From NCBI RefSeq assembly GCF_009914755.1, contig NC_060927.1: 64,000 nucleotides of DNA, one strand, 5' to 3'. Under the pieces are notes generated by a model. That model saw nothing but the letters and a program-made list of their open reading frames with translations. It was not told the DNA's origin and ran no database searches. Source of the DNA: the human T2T-CHM13v2.0 reference genome, Homo sapiens. Position numbers and translations under genes: made by a program. Below are positions 53,061-64,000 of the stretch, one piece after another. The stretch's first letter is position 1; every line of letters begins with the position of its first letter.

Positions 53061-53352
53061 AGTTCAGGCATATAGTAGATACTTGAAAAATATTTAATAA
53101 ATGAATGAATGCTAGTAAGATAATAGACTTTTTAAAAAATAAATAAGTTGGTTACTAGGACTCTACCATTACAAAGATGTTTATTGTAAAGATTTGAAGC
53201 CAAAATCAGGCACCTTTTAGGAGGTTATTACAAAATTTGTGTGACTTGCATAGAATCACAAAAAGACTCTGAATAGCTAAAGCAATCTTGAGCAAGAACA
53301 ACAGATATCACACTTCCTGATTGCAAATTATATTACAGAGCTACAGGTGTAA

Positions 53353-53783
<431 letters not shown>

Positions 53784-54495
53784 AAGGATAGTCTTTTCAA
53801 TAAATGGTGTTAGGAAGCTGCATATCTGTATACAAAAAGAAAACAGAAAAAAAAAAGAAATTGGATCCATACATAGAAATCAATTCCAAATGGATTAAAG
53901 ATCTAAATGTAACATCTGAAACCATAAAACTCCTAGGAGAAAATATAGTAGAAAATCTTCACGGCATTTGTTTTGACAATAATTTTTTGGCCAAAAGCAC
54001 AGGCAAAAAAATAAAAAGCAAAAATAAATAATTAGATTACATCAAACTAAAAAGTTATTGCACAGCAAAGAAAACAGTCAACAAAATGAAAGGCAACCTG
54101 AAGAATGAGAGAAAATATTTGCAAACCATGTATTGGACAAGGAGTTAATATTCAAAATATAAGAAACTCATGCAACTCAACAGCAAAAACAAAATTTTTT
54201 AAATAAAAATTGGGCAAAGGACCTGAATAGACATTGTCCTAAAGAAGACATGCATATTAAATGGAGGAGACCAACAGGTATGTGGAAAGGTACTCAACAT
54301 CACTCATCATGGATATAAATCAAAATCACTGTGATATCACCTCACACCTCTTAGAATGGCTGTTATCAAAAAGTCAAAAGATAATAAGTGTTGATGAGAA
54401 TATGGAGAAACTCTTGAACACTGTAGGTGGGAATGTAAATTGGTAGAGCCATTATGGAAAACAGTGGAAGTTCCTCAAGAAATTAAAAATAGAAC

Positions 54496-55254
54496 ACACA
54501 GCCAATAACCATATGAAAATGTGTTCAACATTGCTAATCATTTAGAGAAATGTAAATCAAAACCACAATTAAATAACATTTCACACCAATCAAAATAGCT
54601 ATTCCTAAAAAGTCAAAAAATAACAGATGCTGGTGAGGTTGCAGAGAAAAGAGAACACCTATACACTGCTGGTAGAAATATAAATTAGTTTAGCCACTGT
54701 GGAAAGCAGTTTGACAATTTCTGAAAGAACTTAAAACAGAATTATCGTTAGACTCAGAAATCCTATTCTTGGGTATATACTTAAAGGAATATAAATCATT
54801 CTGTCATAAAAGCACATACATGTGTATGTTTTTCACATCACCATTAATAGGAAAATCATGGAATCAACCTAAATGACCATCAGTAAACTTGATAAAGAAA
54901 ATGCAAATATACACCATGGAATACTACTGCACGTAGTGAGATGATATCCTTTGCAGCAATGTGGATGAAGGTAGAGACCTTTATCTTAAGCAAACTAACA
55001 CAGAAACAGAAAACCAAATATTACATGTTCTCATAAGTAGGAGCTAAACACAGTACATATGAACACAAGGGAACATCAGACAAAGGGACCTACTTGAGTG
55101 TAGAGGGTGGGTGGAGGGTGATCAAAAAACTATTGGGTACTATGCTTACTACCTGGGTGATGAAATAATCTGTACACCAAACCCCTGCGACACAAAATCT
55201 ACCTATATAAAAAACCTGCACATGTACCCCTGAACCTAAAATAACAGTTTTTTA
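54496..55254 (+). mobile_element. 5'-truncated L1PA15/16- or L1PB-like insertion nested in the L1MA
   Basis: 3'UTR GGGTACTATGCTTACTACCTGGGTGATGAAATAATCTGTACACCAAACCCC; TSD AAAAATAGAAC (54485-54495, 55255-55265) at a TT/AAAA site. Confidence 0.88.
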
Positions 55255-56134
55255 AAAAATAGAACTAACATGTAATCTAACAATCCCATTTGTGGTTGTA
55301 TAACCAAAGGAAACGAAATCAGTGAGTGAAAGAGAGATCTGCACTCCCATGTTCATTGCAGCATTATTCACAATAGCCAAGATACAGAGTCACCACAAGT
55401 GTTCATTAATGAATGAATGAAGAAATGGCATATTATTCAGCCTTACAAAAGAAGGAAATTCTGCCATCAATTACAACATGGATGAACCTGGAGGATGTTA
55501 TTATAATGAAATAAGCCATCCACAGCAAGACAAATATTGTGTGATTTCACTTACGTGTGGAATCTAAAGAAGTCAAACTCATAGAAACAAGTAAGACTGT
55601 GGTTACCAGGATTTCAGGAGGTGGGAGAAATGGGGAGATCTTGGTCTAAGGGTACAAAACTTTCAGTTATAAGATGAAAAAGTTCAGGAGGCCCAATGTG
55701 CAACATGGAAACTATAGTTAATATACTGTATATTTGAAATTTGCCAAGAGAGTAAATGGTAAGCTTATGACACACATAAAATAATGCTATGAGGTGATGA
55801 ACATGCTAATCAGCTTGATTGTGGTAATGATTTTACTATGCATTTATACATAGAAAAAATGGTATGGGTAGGGCCATTTATACATGTTTTCCTTTCTTCA
55901 TTCTTCAAGATAGGAACAGAGAACATTCATTCTATTAGGCATAGTTCAAAGCAGTGCTGAGATACTATATTTCTTTTGTTGTTGTTGTTGTTGTTACATT
56001 TGTCGATTTGTGAAACAGCTTTTGAACATGTTGAAGAAAATGCTAGGAGTTTATGAACAGTAGGGAAAGCTAGATCTTTCAAATATATCTACATTGGACA
56101 GTTACTTAAGCAATGTATAAGTCAGGATAGACTC

Positions 56135-56292
56135 TCAGTGTGTCTCAATCTTAATACAAATCATGTGGTGATGTTGTTAATATGCAGCCTCTGACTCACT
56201 AGTTCTGAGGCATGCCCTAAGATTCTGCATTTTTAACAATCTCTGAACTGATACCAGTGCTGCTTGATCAGGTACCACATTTTGATTTTTGC
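56135..56292. mobile_element. MER5-family MITE
   Basis: CAGTGTGTCTCAATCTT...GATTCTGCATTTTTAACAA...GGTACCACATTTTGA. Confidence 0.6.
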
Positions 56293-57619
56293 TGTGGTAG
56301 GAAATTCACCCTGAAATCCCAGCGTTTTGACACTCGTGCTATATGTCTCACTCATGTTACATGTCTGAGGCAAGTCATTGAGACACATTGATATGGGTTC
56401 CTCAGGGACCCATATCAATGAAGGATCTATCATCTTGCTGTTTGTTGTATCTTCTGAGGGATAGGAAGAGAGAGGGTTGGAAAACAGAGCCCCAGCAATT
56501 AAATACTTGACTCCAAGGTGTCACACATCACTTATATCACATTTCATTAGCCAGTAGTAGTCACGAGAGCATACCTAACTTCAAGGGAATAAAGAAATGT
56601 AATTCTGTGTATATTCTGAAGCAGAGCAGAACCATAGATTAGTGAACCTTAGTAACTTGTCAAGGTGATTGTGCATGGAGTTTTATCATGTGACCATAAT
56701 GGTCATTCACAAGCTTCATGAGAAATGTGTTTGCATTATGGCTTTTGTTACATGCCTTTTATTTATAAGAGCGTTTGGTATGATTTTTCTTTCTCTTCAT
56801 AGGATAAGCTAATAATTCTTTTAGACTGATAGAATTTGCAGCTGAAAGGAATTATAGATGTTATCACCAACGCTTTTATTTAGTAAATGGAGAGTCAGAG
56901 GCATAAAAAATGATAAGCACTTTGCTTTCCAGGGATGAGAATATCATGTCTATTATTTAGTTATTTGGGCTTCAACTCTGAGTCTTTCTATGGTACCACT
57001 GCCCATTTTTCCCTCTGGGAAATAGCAATGAATGAGTTATCCATACAGAGATCAACTTTTCCATACTCATGATTATACACATGATCTTACATAGAACTTT
57101 ATACTCCTTTAAGTTTTAAAATAGTTGGATTAAAATGGGTTTCAGATGCTTAATAACTCAAATTTCCAGGCCATTCCAATGGTTTATGGAAACAGTGGGA
57201 CAAATTTTTTTTTAATTGGAGAGGATATCCTATAAAATATAAGGCATGTTTTTATACACATATACGTAATGGTATCAGACACATATAATCATATCCCAAC
57301 TTTGGTAGGTTGAGTTCGCTTTTAAGAATTTCCATTAATTATAAAAATTACTGGATAAATAATGGATGATAGCAATAGCTAGAATGAACACCCAGTTGCC
57401 GCTGAATTATGTGCTCAAGTAAAAATGCCCTTAGAAAAGAAGAAAATCTCACGATATTACTGGTGACATAGAAGATTTACTTATGGAAAACTTTCCTTTG
57501 TTGCTTTGTCAAGTTGTCATTTGTACACCTTCTTTGTGGTTCCCAGATCCCAGCACACTCCTTTCAACATTTGTTCTATACATCTCTTCCACCTTAATAT
57601 ACTGAGTTGGAAAAGTGGC

Positions 57620-57870
57620 AGGTTATTAAGAAAGAGGCGAGCCTTGGAGCCTGGCAAACCTGGGCTTGAAGCCCAGCACCACACTTTTGCCAGCTGTGTG
57701 GTGTTAGGTAAAACACTTCCTCTCTCTGATCATTGGCTTTCTAATTTGACAATAAAGAACATAATGTCTACCTTGTCTAGTTGTTGTGGGGATTAGATGC
57801 AATATATGTAAAAGGCACCTAGCAGAGGGGTCCTCTCATTGCATGCATTCCTTAAATGCTGACTATGATT
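57620..57870 (+). mobile_element. MIR
   Basis: CTTGGAGCCTGGCAAACCTGGGCTTGAAGCCCAGC...AGCTGTGTGGTGTTAGGTAAAAC...TTGTTGTGGGGATTAGATG. Confidence 0.75.
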
Positions 57871-58346
57871 ATTTTAAAGCCACGGGAACTGGGCTTCAGT
57901 ATCTGAAAATCTTAATTCTGACATCCTTTCCTCAGTGACTTTGATCTCTAATTTTCATGCTTTTGGGATCCTCCTAACTGACTTTTCTGATACTACTTAC
58001 CTCTGATGTGCTTTTATCATGAAAAAGCTAGGCTCAAGAATTATCTATATCTTATTTTTAAAGAAAATCCAGAAATCTGAATATCTATGTGAAATTTCCT
58101 CTTCTCCACCATCAGATCTGTGAGAAAACACATCTTTGGCCAAGAGCCAAAGTTTGTGACTTTCTATTAAGCGTAGTTTAATATTCCCCAAAGTATAATC
58201 TTCAAACTATCTGCTTGAAAGGTATGAGGATGAAAAGGAAAGTTACAATTATCATTGTAGGCTATTAAATCAGAATATCTGGGGTCTGGGCAGGATATGC
58301 ATTTTAAACAAGCTTTCCAGGTGATTCTATGTCCTTTAATGTTTGA

Positions 58347-58662
<316 letters not shown>

Positions 58663-58683
58663 TTAGTTGGAGTATTACCCCCT

Positions 58684-59345
58684 TTTCCAGGCTTATTGAG
58701 ATATAGTTGGTGTATTAGTCTGTTCTCACACTTCTTTATAGAAAGAACTACCTGAGGCTGGATAATGTATTTTTAAAAAGTGGTTTAATTGGCTCACGGT
58801 TCCACACACTATACAGGAAACATGGCTGGGGTGCCCTCCGAAAACTTACAATCATGGCGAAGGCAGACGGGAAGCAGCAAGTCCTATGTGGCTGGAGCAG
58901 GAGGAAGAGAGAGAATGGGGCAGGGGGAGCGGGGGTGGTGCCACACATTTAAACAATCATATCTCATGAGACCTCACTTACTGTCACGAGTAGAACAAGG
59001 GGGAAATCCTCCCCCATGATCCAATCACCTCCCACCAGGCCCTACCTCCAACACTGGGGATTACAACTGGACATGAGATTTGGGCAAGGACACAAATCCA
59101 AACGATATCAATTGGTGTACAAAAAAGTTGCTTTGGTATACAAAACTGCACATAATTGATGCATACTATTTGGTGAGTTTGGACACATGTATATACTCAT
59201 GTTATCACCAAAATTCAGGTAATAAACATACCCATCACCTGCAAAAGCTTCCTGTGTCCCTGTGTTATTCTGTTTTTTGTTTTGTGTATATTTATGGTAA
59301 GAACACTTACTAGAAGATCTACCCTCTTAAATGTTTAAGTACTGC
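58684..59345 (-). mobile_element. L1M 3' end interrupted by MSTA
   Basis: CTTATTGAGATATAG|...|CAAAACTGCACATAATTGATGCATACTATTTGGTGAGTTTGGACA...GGTAAGAACACTTA...AGATCTACCCTCTTAA. Confidence 0.75.
58711..59110 (-). mobile_element. MSTA solo LTR
   Basis: TGTATTAGTCTGTTCTC...GGCTCACGGTTCC...CCCATGATCCAATCACCTCCCACCAGGCCC...ACAAATCCAAACGATATCA; TSD GTTGG/ATTGG. Confidence 0.9.
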
Positions 59346-60377
59346 ATTTCTTAAAGTAACCTTGAAACGGTATCAGGAAGACACAGGGATGGGGCACATT
59401 GTGGCTTCTGAGGGAAACCCTAGGTATGTGAAGTGAGGTACACATCCACCTAAACTTCACATTCTTTTCCATTTGCCGATCTTCTCTCTTCCAGCTGAAA
59501 AAAGAGCAGTGTGGCATGCCTGAGACATTGAGTCCCCAACCAATTTCATTAATTCACTGAAGACCACATGGTTGAATTTTCTGATCACTTAGTGGGTTTC
59601 TGTCAAATTAGATTAGCTGGTGTTCAAGTGCAAAGCTTAAGGTTCTTTGGGTTGGAGTTCGTTTAAAGATGTGGGTATTTGTTTTTGCAGTACAAGGTTG
59701 TGTTGAAAACTCTTCTCCCTGATGAGCTCTGGACTACCTGCTATGGATCTTTCATGCCTGTTGTTAACAACACTTGGATGAGGCCATGCTTTAATTTTTA
59801 CTTATGTAATGGAACTCATCCATCACATTTTACAGAGCCTTTTTGATACGGTCAGTGCTTATCGGTGTTCAAAAAATAAATCCCTGTTCCAAACCTGTAT
59901 TTAATTCCAAAGCAATTGCCTTTGGCTATGTTCTACAGTCAGTACTGAATACGTTGCCTTGTAGGTGGTTTTGTTTTATTAGTGGTTTCTGAGTTTAAAC
60001 AAAAATATGCTTTGTTTGTCTTCTAGATTTCAGTTAGTATTCATGCCTCTGTTAACAGTGAATGTTCGATAAATGCTATCTAATAAAAATAACACAGATA
60101 TCATTTTTTGAGCTTTTATTATGTGCCATATTCTGTGTTGAACCCTTTATAATGAAGCATTTTGTGTTAAGGATTCTCAATTCATCCTTACCAGAAACTT
60201 GTGAATATTGTTGTCCTCTTTTTATAGATGGCAAAGCAGGCTAGAGGGGTTTGAAATTATTGAGCCAGGATTCAAAACTTTGCTTTCTTATTCCAAACCT
60301 GTATACAAGGTTGATTTACATAAACTATCATGAAGAAAGTTTTTAATAATTTCCACTTTAGCCTAACATCTGGTAAC

Positions 60378-60750
60378 TGTATTAATCAGTTATTGCTACC
60401 ATACTGCTGTATAACAAGTTAAACTAAAACTCACTGCCTTGAGACATTTGTTGTTTGCTTATGGGTTGGTGAGTTGTCTGGAGCTTGATCTAAGCAAGGC
60501 TTGGATTCGTGCTGTAGATTGGATTCAAGTACAGGCCAAGTTTTTCCTTCTGAGGCTCAGGCTAAAGGGCAGCATCTTCCTAGGGCATAGTCGTCTCATG
60601 GTCAATAACAAGAAGACAAGAGAAACATGTAATACCTCTCAAGAATATGGACTAGAACAGGCATACTGTCAATTTCACCTACATTAAATTAGCTAAAGCA
60701 AGTCGCATGGCCAAAACCAATATCAGTGTGATGAGAAGTGTGGAAATTAG
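60378..60750 (-). mobile_element. Old MLT1 (J-like) LTR
   Basis: TGTATTAATCAGTTATTGCTACCATACTGCTGTATAACAA...AAAGCAAGTCGCATGGCCAAAACCAATATCAGTG. Confidence 0.55.
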
Positions 60751-61406
60751 TGTGGATGCTGAGAGCAGGGTAGGTATGTAAAGAACCGCAGCAGTGCTTA
60801 CATCCACCATAGTCACCCTTCCTTTTCTTCTCATGCTCACTGAAATGTCATTGGTTTCTGAGTGTGGCATTAAAAGAACTGAATTTTTCTACAAATTAAA
60901 ACAAGATTTTACTTTTATGTCTCATTAAAGTTATAATTTCAGAACATTTTTGCTATGTTAATCATAAAGATACAGAGACTTGTATGATTAGAGACATGGG
61001 CTCAGTAGAGATTGTGATTACTGTTTATAAATGATTATGGCAATATGGATAGTAATAGCCAACCCAATTTGAGAGAGAAAGACAAAGTTAAGGTTCATTT
61101 ATTTTTTGAAGACATTATATTAATATATACTACATGAGAAACAGAGGCAATCTGTGTATTGAAAAAGTTTATTAAAAGCTCTTTTGATGCTTTATTTGGT
61201 AGAGCTGTGACTTACAATCCTTTTGTTCTAGATAGAACTACATTTTTGCAGTGTGTACAACTCTACTTAAACATTGCCAGTGTTTTTGAATATGCTGTTG
61301 CCACTTTTGTCCTTAATGTAGATTTTTGAGGAAAGAAAACATCACTAAGATATTGCAATCTTTTTTCCCCACCTCTTTGCAAACTATGACTAGGCCAGCC
61401 TCTAAT

Positions 61407-61577
61407 CAGTGGTATGCTGGTAAACCATCTCTAAAAGAGAGGGGTGGAGGGGCTATGATTTGTACTGTTCACCGATTTGTAAGGTGTAAATATTCCCACC
61501 ATGGCTGCTTTGGATTTGCCAATGGCTTAACAATCAGCTCACAAAATGCAGCTATGAGACAGCTCCCACAACCATCT
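61407..61577. mobile_element. MER63-like hAT-Blackjack MITE
   Basis: CAGTGGTATGCTGGTAAA...TGTAAATATTCCCACCATGGCTG...TTAACAATCAGCTCACAAAAT. Confidence 0.65.
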
Positions 61578-62668
61578 TCTGATACGAATACTATTTGTTC
61601 CACCAAGGAGTTTCCTATCCTTTTTATTTTCTTCTAATTATTTTTTCATACTGCCTCAGTTTGTTCTCATACACCATCAAAACAATAAATTAAGCTTAAG
61701 TGATTCTCAAAAACTAGTATGAAAATATGGTGCTTTAAACTTTGAAAACAAGCCACTGTGTTTTTGACATACATGCAAATTGAGTATTCTACTGTAGAAG
61801 ACAGCACAGAATCCTAAAAGATCACAGCCTATCATTTGTTACCTGTTCCTCAAGGTATAAGAAAAGAAACTAAGGTTCTCTTTGAATTTAAATAGCCAAG
61901 GTTTCAGTGGACCAAAAGGCATCTCCTTCCCTGCCTTCTGATTCCATCTGAAATAAGCTACATGAAATCCATATAACTAAACTTTGTGGTTGCATTGGAG
62001 AATGTACTTAACAGGATCATATGTCAATATGTCATGTGAATGGAATGACTTTAAATGTAGAAGGCATTTGAATGGTAGAAATAGTCTCTCCTTTGCGAAG
62101 TATTATGCGAAGGAATGAGACTGGGTAAAATTTCCTTTAAATAGACTCACCATCGCACTCTACTCCTTAGCAACTGACCTCTCCCCCTGGAGTTGAGTGA
62201 TGGGCACATATTCTGTGTATTTTCCTCTCCCATTTTTTTTTCTATGGATATTTCCTTGAACAGGAAAGCTCAATCATTTCTAGCCTAGGCACATTAGATT
62301 CTTGGAGGGATTTCCAGGAGTAAGTACACATCCATCCTTTTCTCTAATTAATTCAAGTACTGAGCATTGATAGGGTCACATGCCCTGTCTTACATGTTGG
62401 GATGGATACAAAACTAAATTTGATTTTTTTTAAGTTACAATTTAATGAGGAAGACAGAAATCTGACCTGTATTCACATTTCCTTAATCTCAGGCAAAATT
62501 GAAGGGCAAATTGAGATCTGTGCTATGAATTCAGATAAAAGAAAACAGACTTACAGTGGAGACGTTGAGAGTAAGGGAAGCCTTCCTGGAAGAGATAGCA
62601 TTAAATCGTGGGTAAGATGTTGATGTCTAAAAGTTAGGAAAGAGTGAGCTAGTTTTCCAGAATAAGAG

Positions 62669-63412
62669 AATAACCACCCAATGGGTTCACCTTGCCCACT
62701 ACCTAGACAGAGCTGATGTATCAAGACAGGAGAATTGCAATGGACAGAGTAATTCACACAGAGGTGGCTGTGTGGGAGACCATAGTTTTATTAATACTCA
62801 AATCAGTCTCTCCAAGCATTCCAGTATTGGAGTTTTTAAGGATAATTTGGTGGTTAGGGGCTCAAGAAGTAGGGAGTACTGGTTGGTCGGGTTGGAGATG
62901 GAATCAAAGGGGGTCGAAGTGAGTTTTTCTTGCTGTCTTCTTTTCATAGGTGGGATCGCAGAACTGGTTAAGCCAGACAGCCTGTCTGGGTGGTGTCAGC
63001 TGGTGCACCCAGTGCAGGGTCTGCAAAATATCTCAAACACTGATCTTAGGTTTTACAATAGTGATGTTATTCCCACGAGCAATTTGGGGAGGTTCAAACT
63101 CTTGCAGCTAGAGGCTGCATGGCTCCTAAACCATAATTTCTAATTTTGTAGTTAATTTGTTAGTCGTACAAAGGCAGACTGGTCCCCAGGAAAGAAGGGT
63201 GTTTTTTTCTGGGGGGAAAAGGGCTATTACCAATTTTGTTGCAGAATTTTCAGAGTTCAACTATAAACTACTTTCCTTCTCAAGGTTAGTTCAGCCTCCG
63301 CCCAGGAATGAACAAAGACAGCTCCAAGGTTAGCAGAAAATGGAGTTTGTTAGGTCTGATCTCTTTCACTGTCATAATTTCCTGAGTTATAATTTTTGCA
63401 AAGTTGGTTTCA
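62669..63412 (-). mobile_element. LTR8/LTR8A solo LTR (ERV1), inserted into an L2 relic
   Basis: TAACCACCCAATGGGTTCACCTTGCCC...CTCTTTCACTGTCATAATTTCCTGAGTTATAATTTTTGCAAAGTTGGTTTCA; 4-bp TSD AGAG/GGAG. Confidence 0.9.
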
Positions 63413-64000
63413 GGAGGAGTCACCGAAGTAAAGGTTAGAGATAGAGGACCACAGAGTATAAACCAAGAGATCTCAGTTATTCAGTTTGGCTGGAGCTTGA
63501 TAGGGAAAATTGGGAGATGTGGAATGAAAGTTTAGCCTGAAAAGGCCTTGAGTACCAAGGTGGTTTTGGAACTAGTGGCATTTTGAGTTGGTGGTTGAAT
63601 GAAGGCACGTTTGAAGAATGGGATCTTGCTGAAGAAACTGCATCATCAAATGGTTACCATCTTCCCCTTAAAGCTAGTTGAGCTATGAATGGGTGGAAGG
63701 CTTCCACCCTTTTGACCAATTCTGAAAGCTGGGTGGCCTCCCTAGAAATGATCACTGACTCTGGCAAAAATAAGATAAAGAGAATAAACTCACAAAACAA
63801 AGATACCCCTGTCCTCCAAAGCCTCCATAATGTATCAGCCCCATGTGAGATCCAAACCAGTTTGGAAGTAAATGTAAGAAAGTACTAGAAAATCTAAGAT
63901 TTGCCATCTTGATGCAGAACAACAAAGTGCTTGTCCAGTTGGCTTTTGTTTCTCTTGTCTCATCCTGCTTAGAACTGATGAGCTTCTGGGGAGTTTCTTT

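Overview
AT-rich, repeat-dense primate genomic DNA (human-like: AluJ/S/Y, THE1, MSTA, LTR8, MADE1), intergenic or deep-intronic. I can support no protein-coding gene. Almost all listed ORFs lie in Alu, THE1/MST, L1 or LTR repeats or look random. A large share of the window is transposon-derived: about 12 Alus, two near-full-length THE1 (MaLR) proviruses in convergent orientation, solo THE1/MSTA/MLT1/LTR33/LTR8/MER76-like LTRs, nested L1s, and many MIR, L2 and hAT MITE relics. I found no evidence of a new multi-gene system. The most interesting signals are small structural scars: (1) a 123-bp unique segment apparently copied from 3.2 kb downstream into a THE1D internal region, with junctions suggesting polymerase-theta-type templated insertion; (2) a TSD-flanked, tailless retrocopy of the 5' half of tRNA-Ile(UAU); (3) a MADE1 mariner MITE whose loop holds ~70 bp of older MIR-like DNA; (4) an Alu fragment + spacer + Alu composite under a single TSD; (5) a near-canonical REST/RE1 site and a repeat-free, CpG-retaining block with TATA/CRE/ETS motifs at ~8.4-10.2 kb. 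Subfamily names come from recalled consensus sequences and need RepeatMasker/Dfam confirmation.
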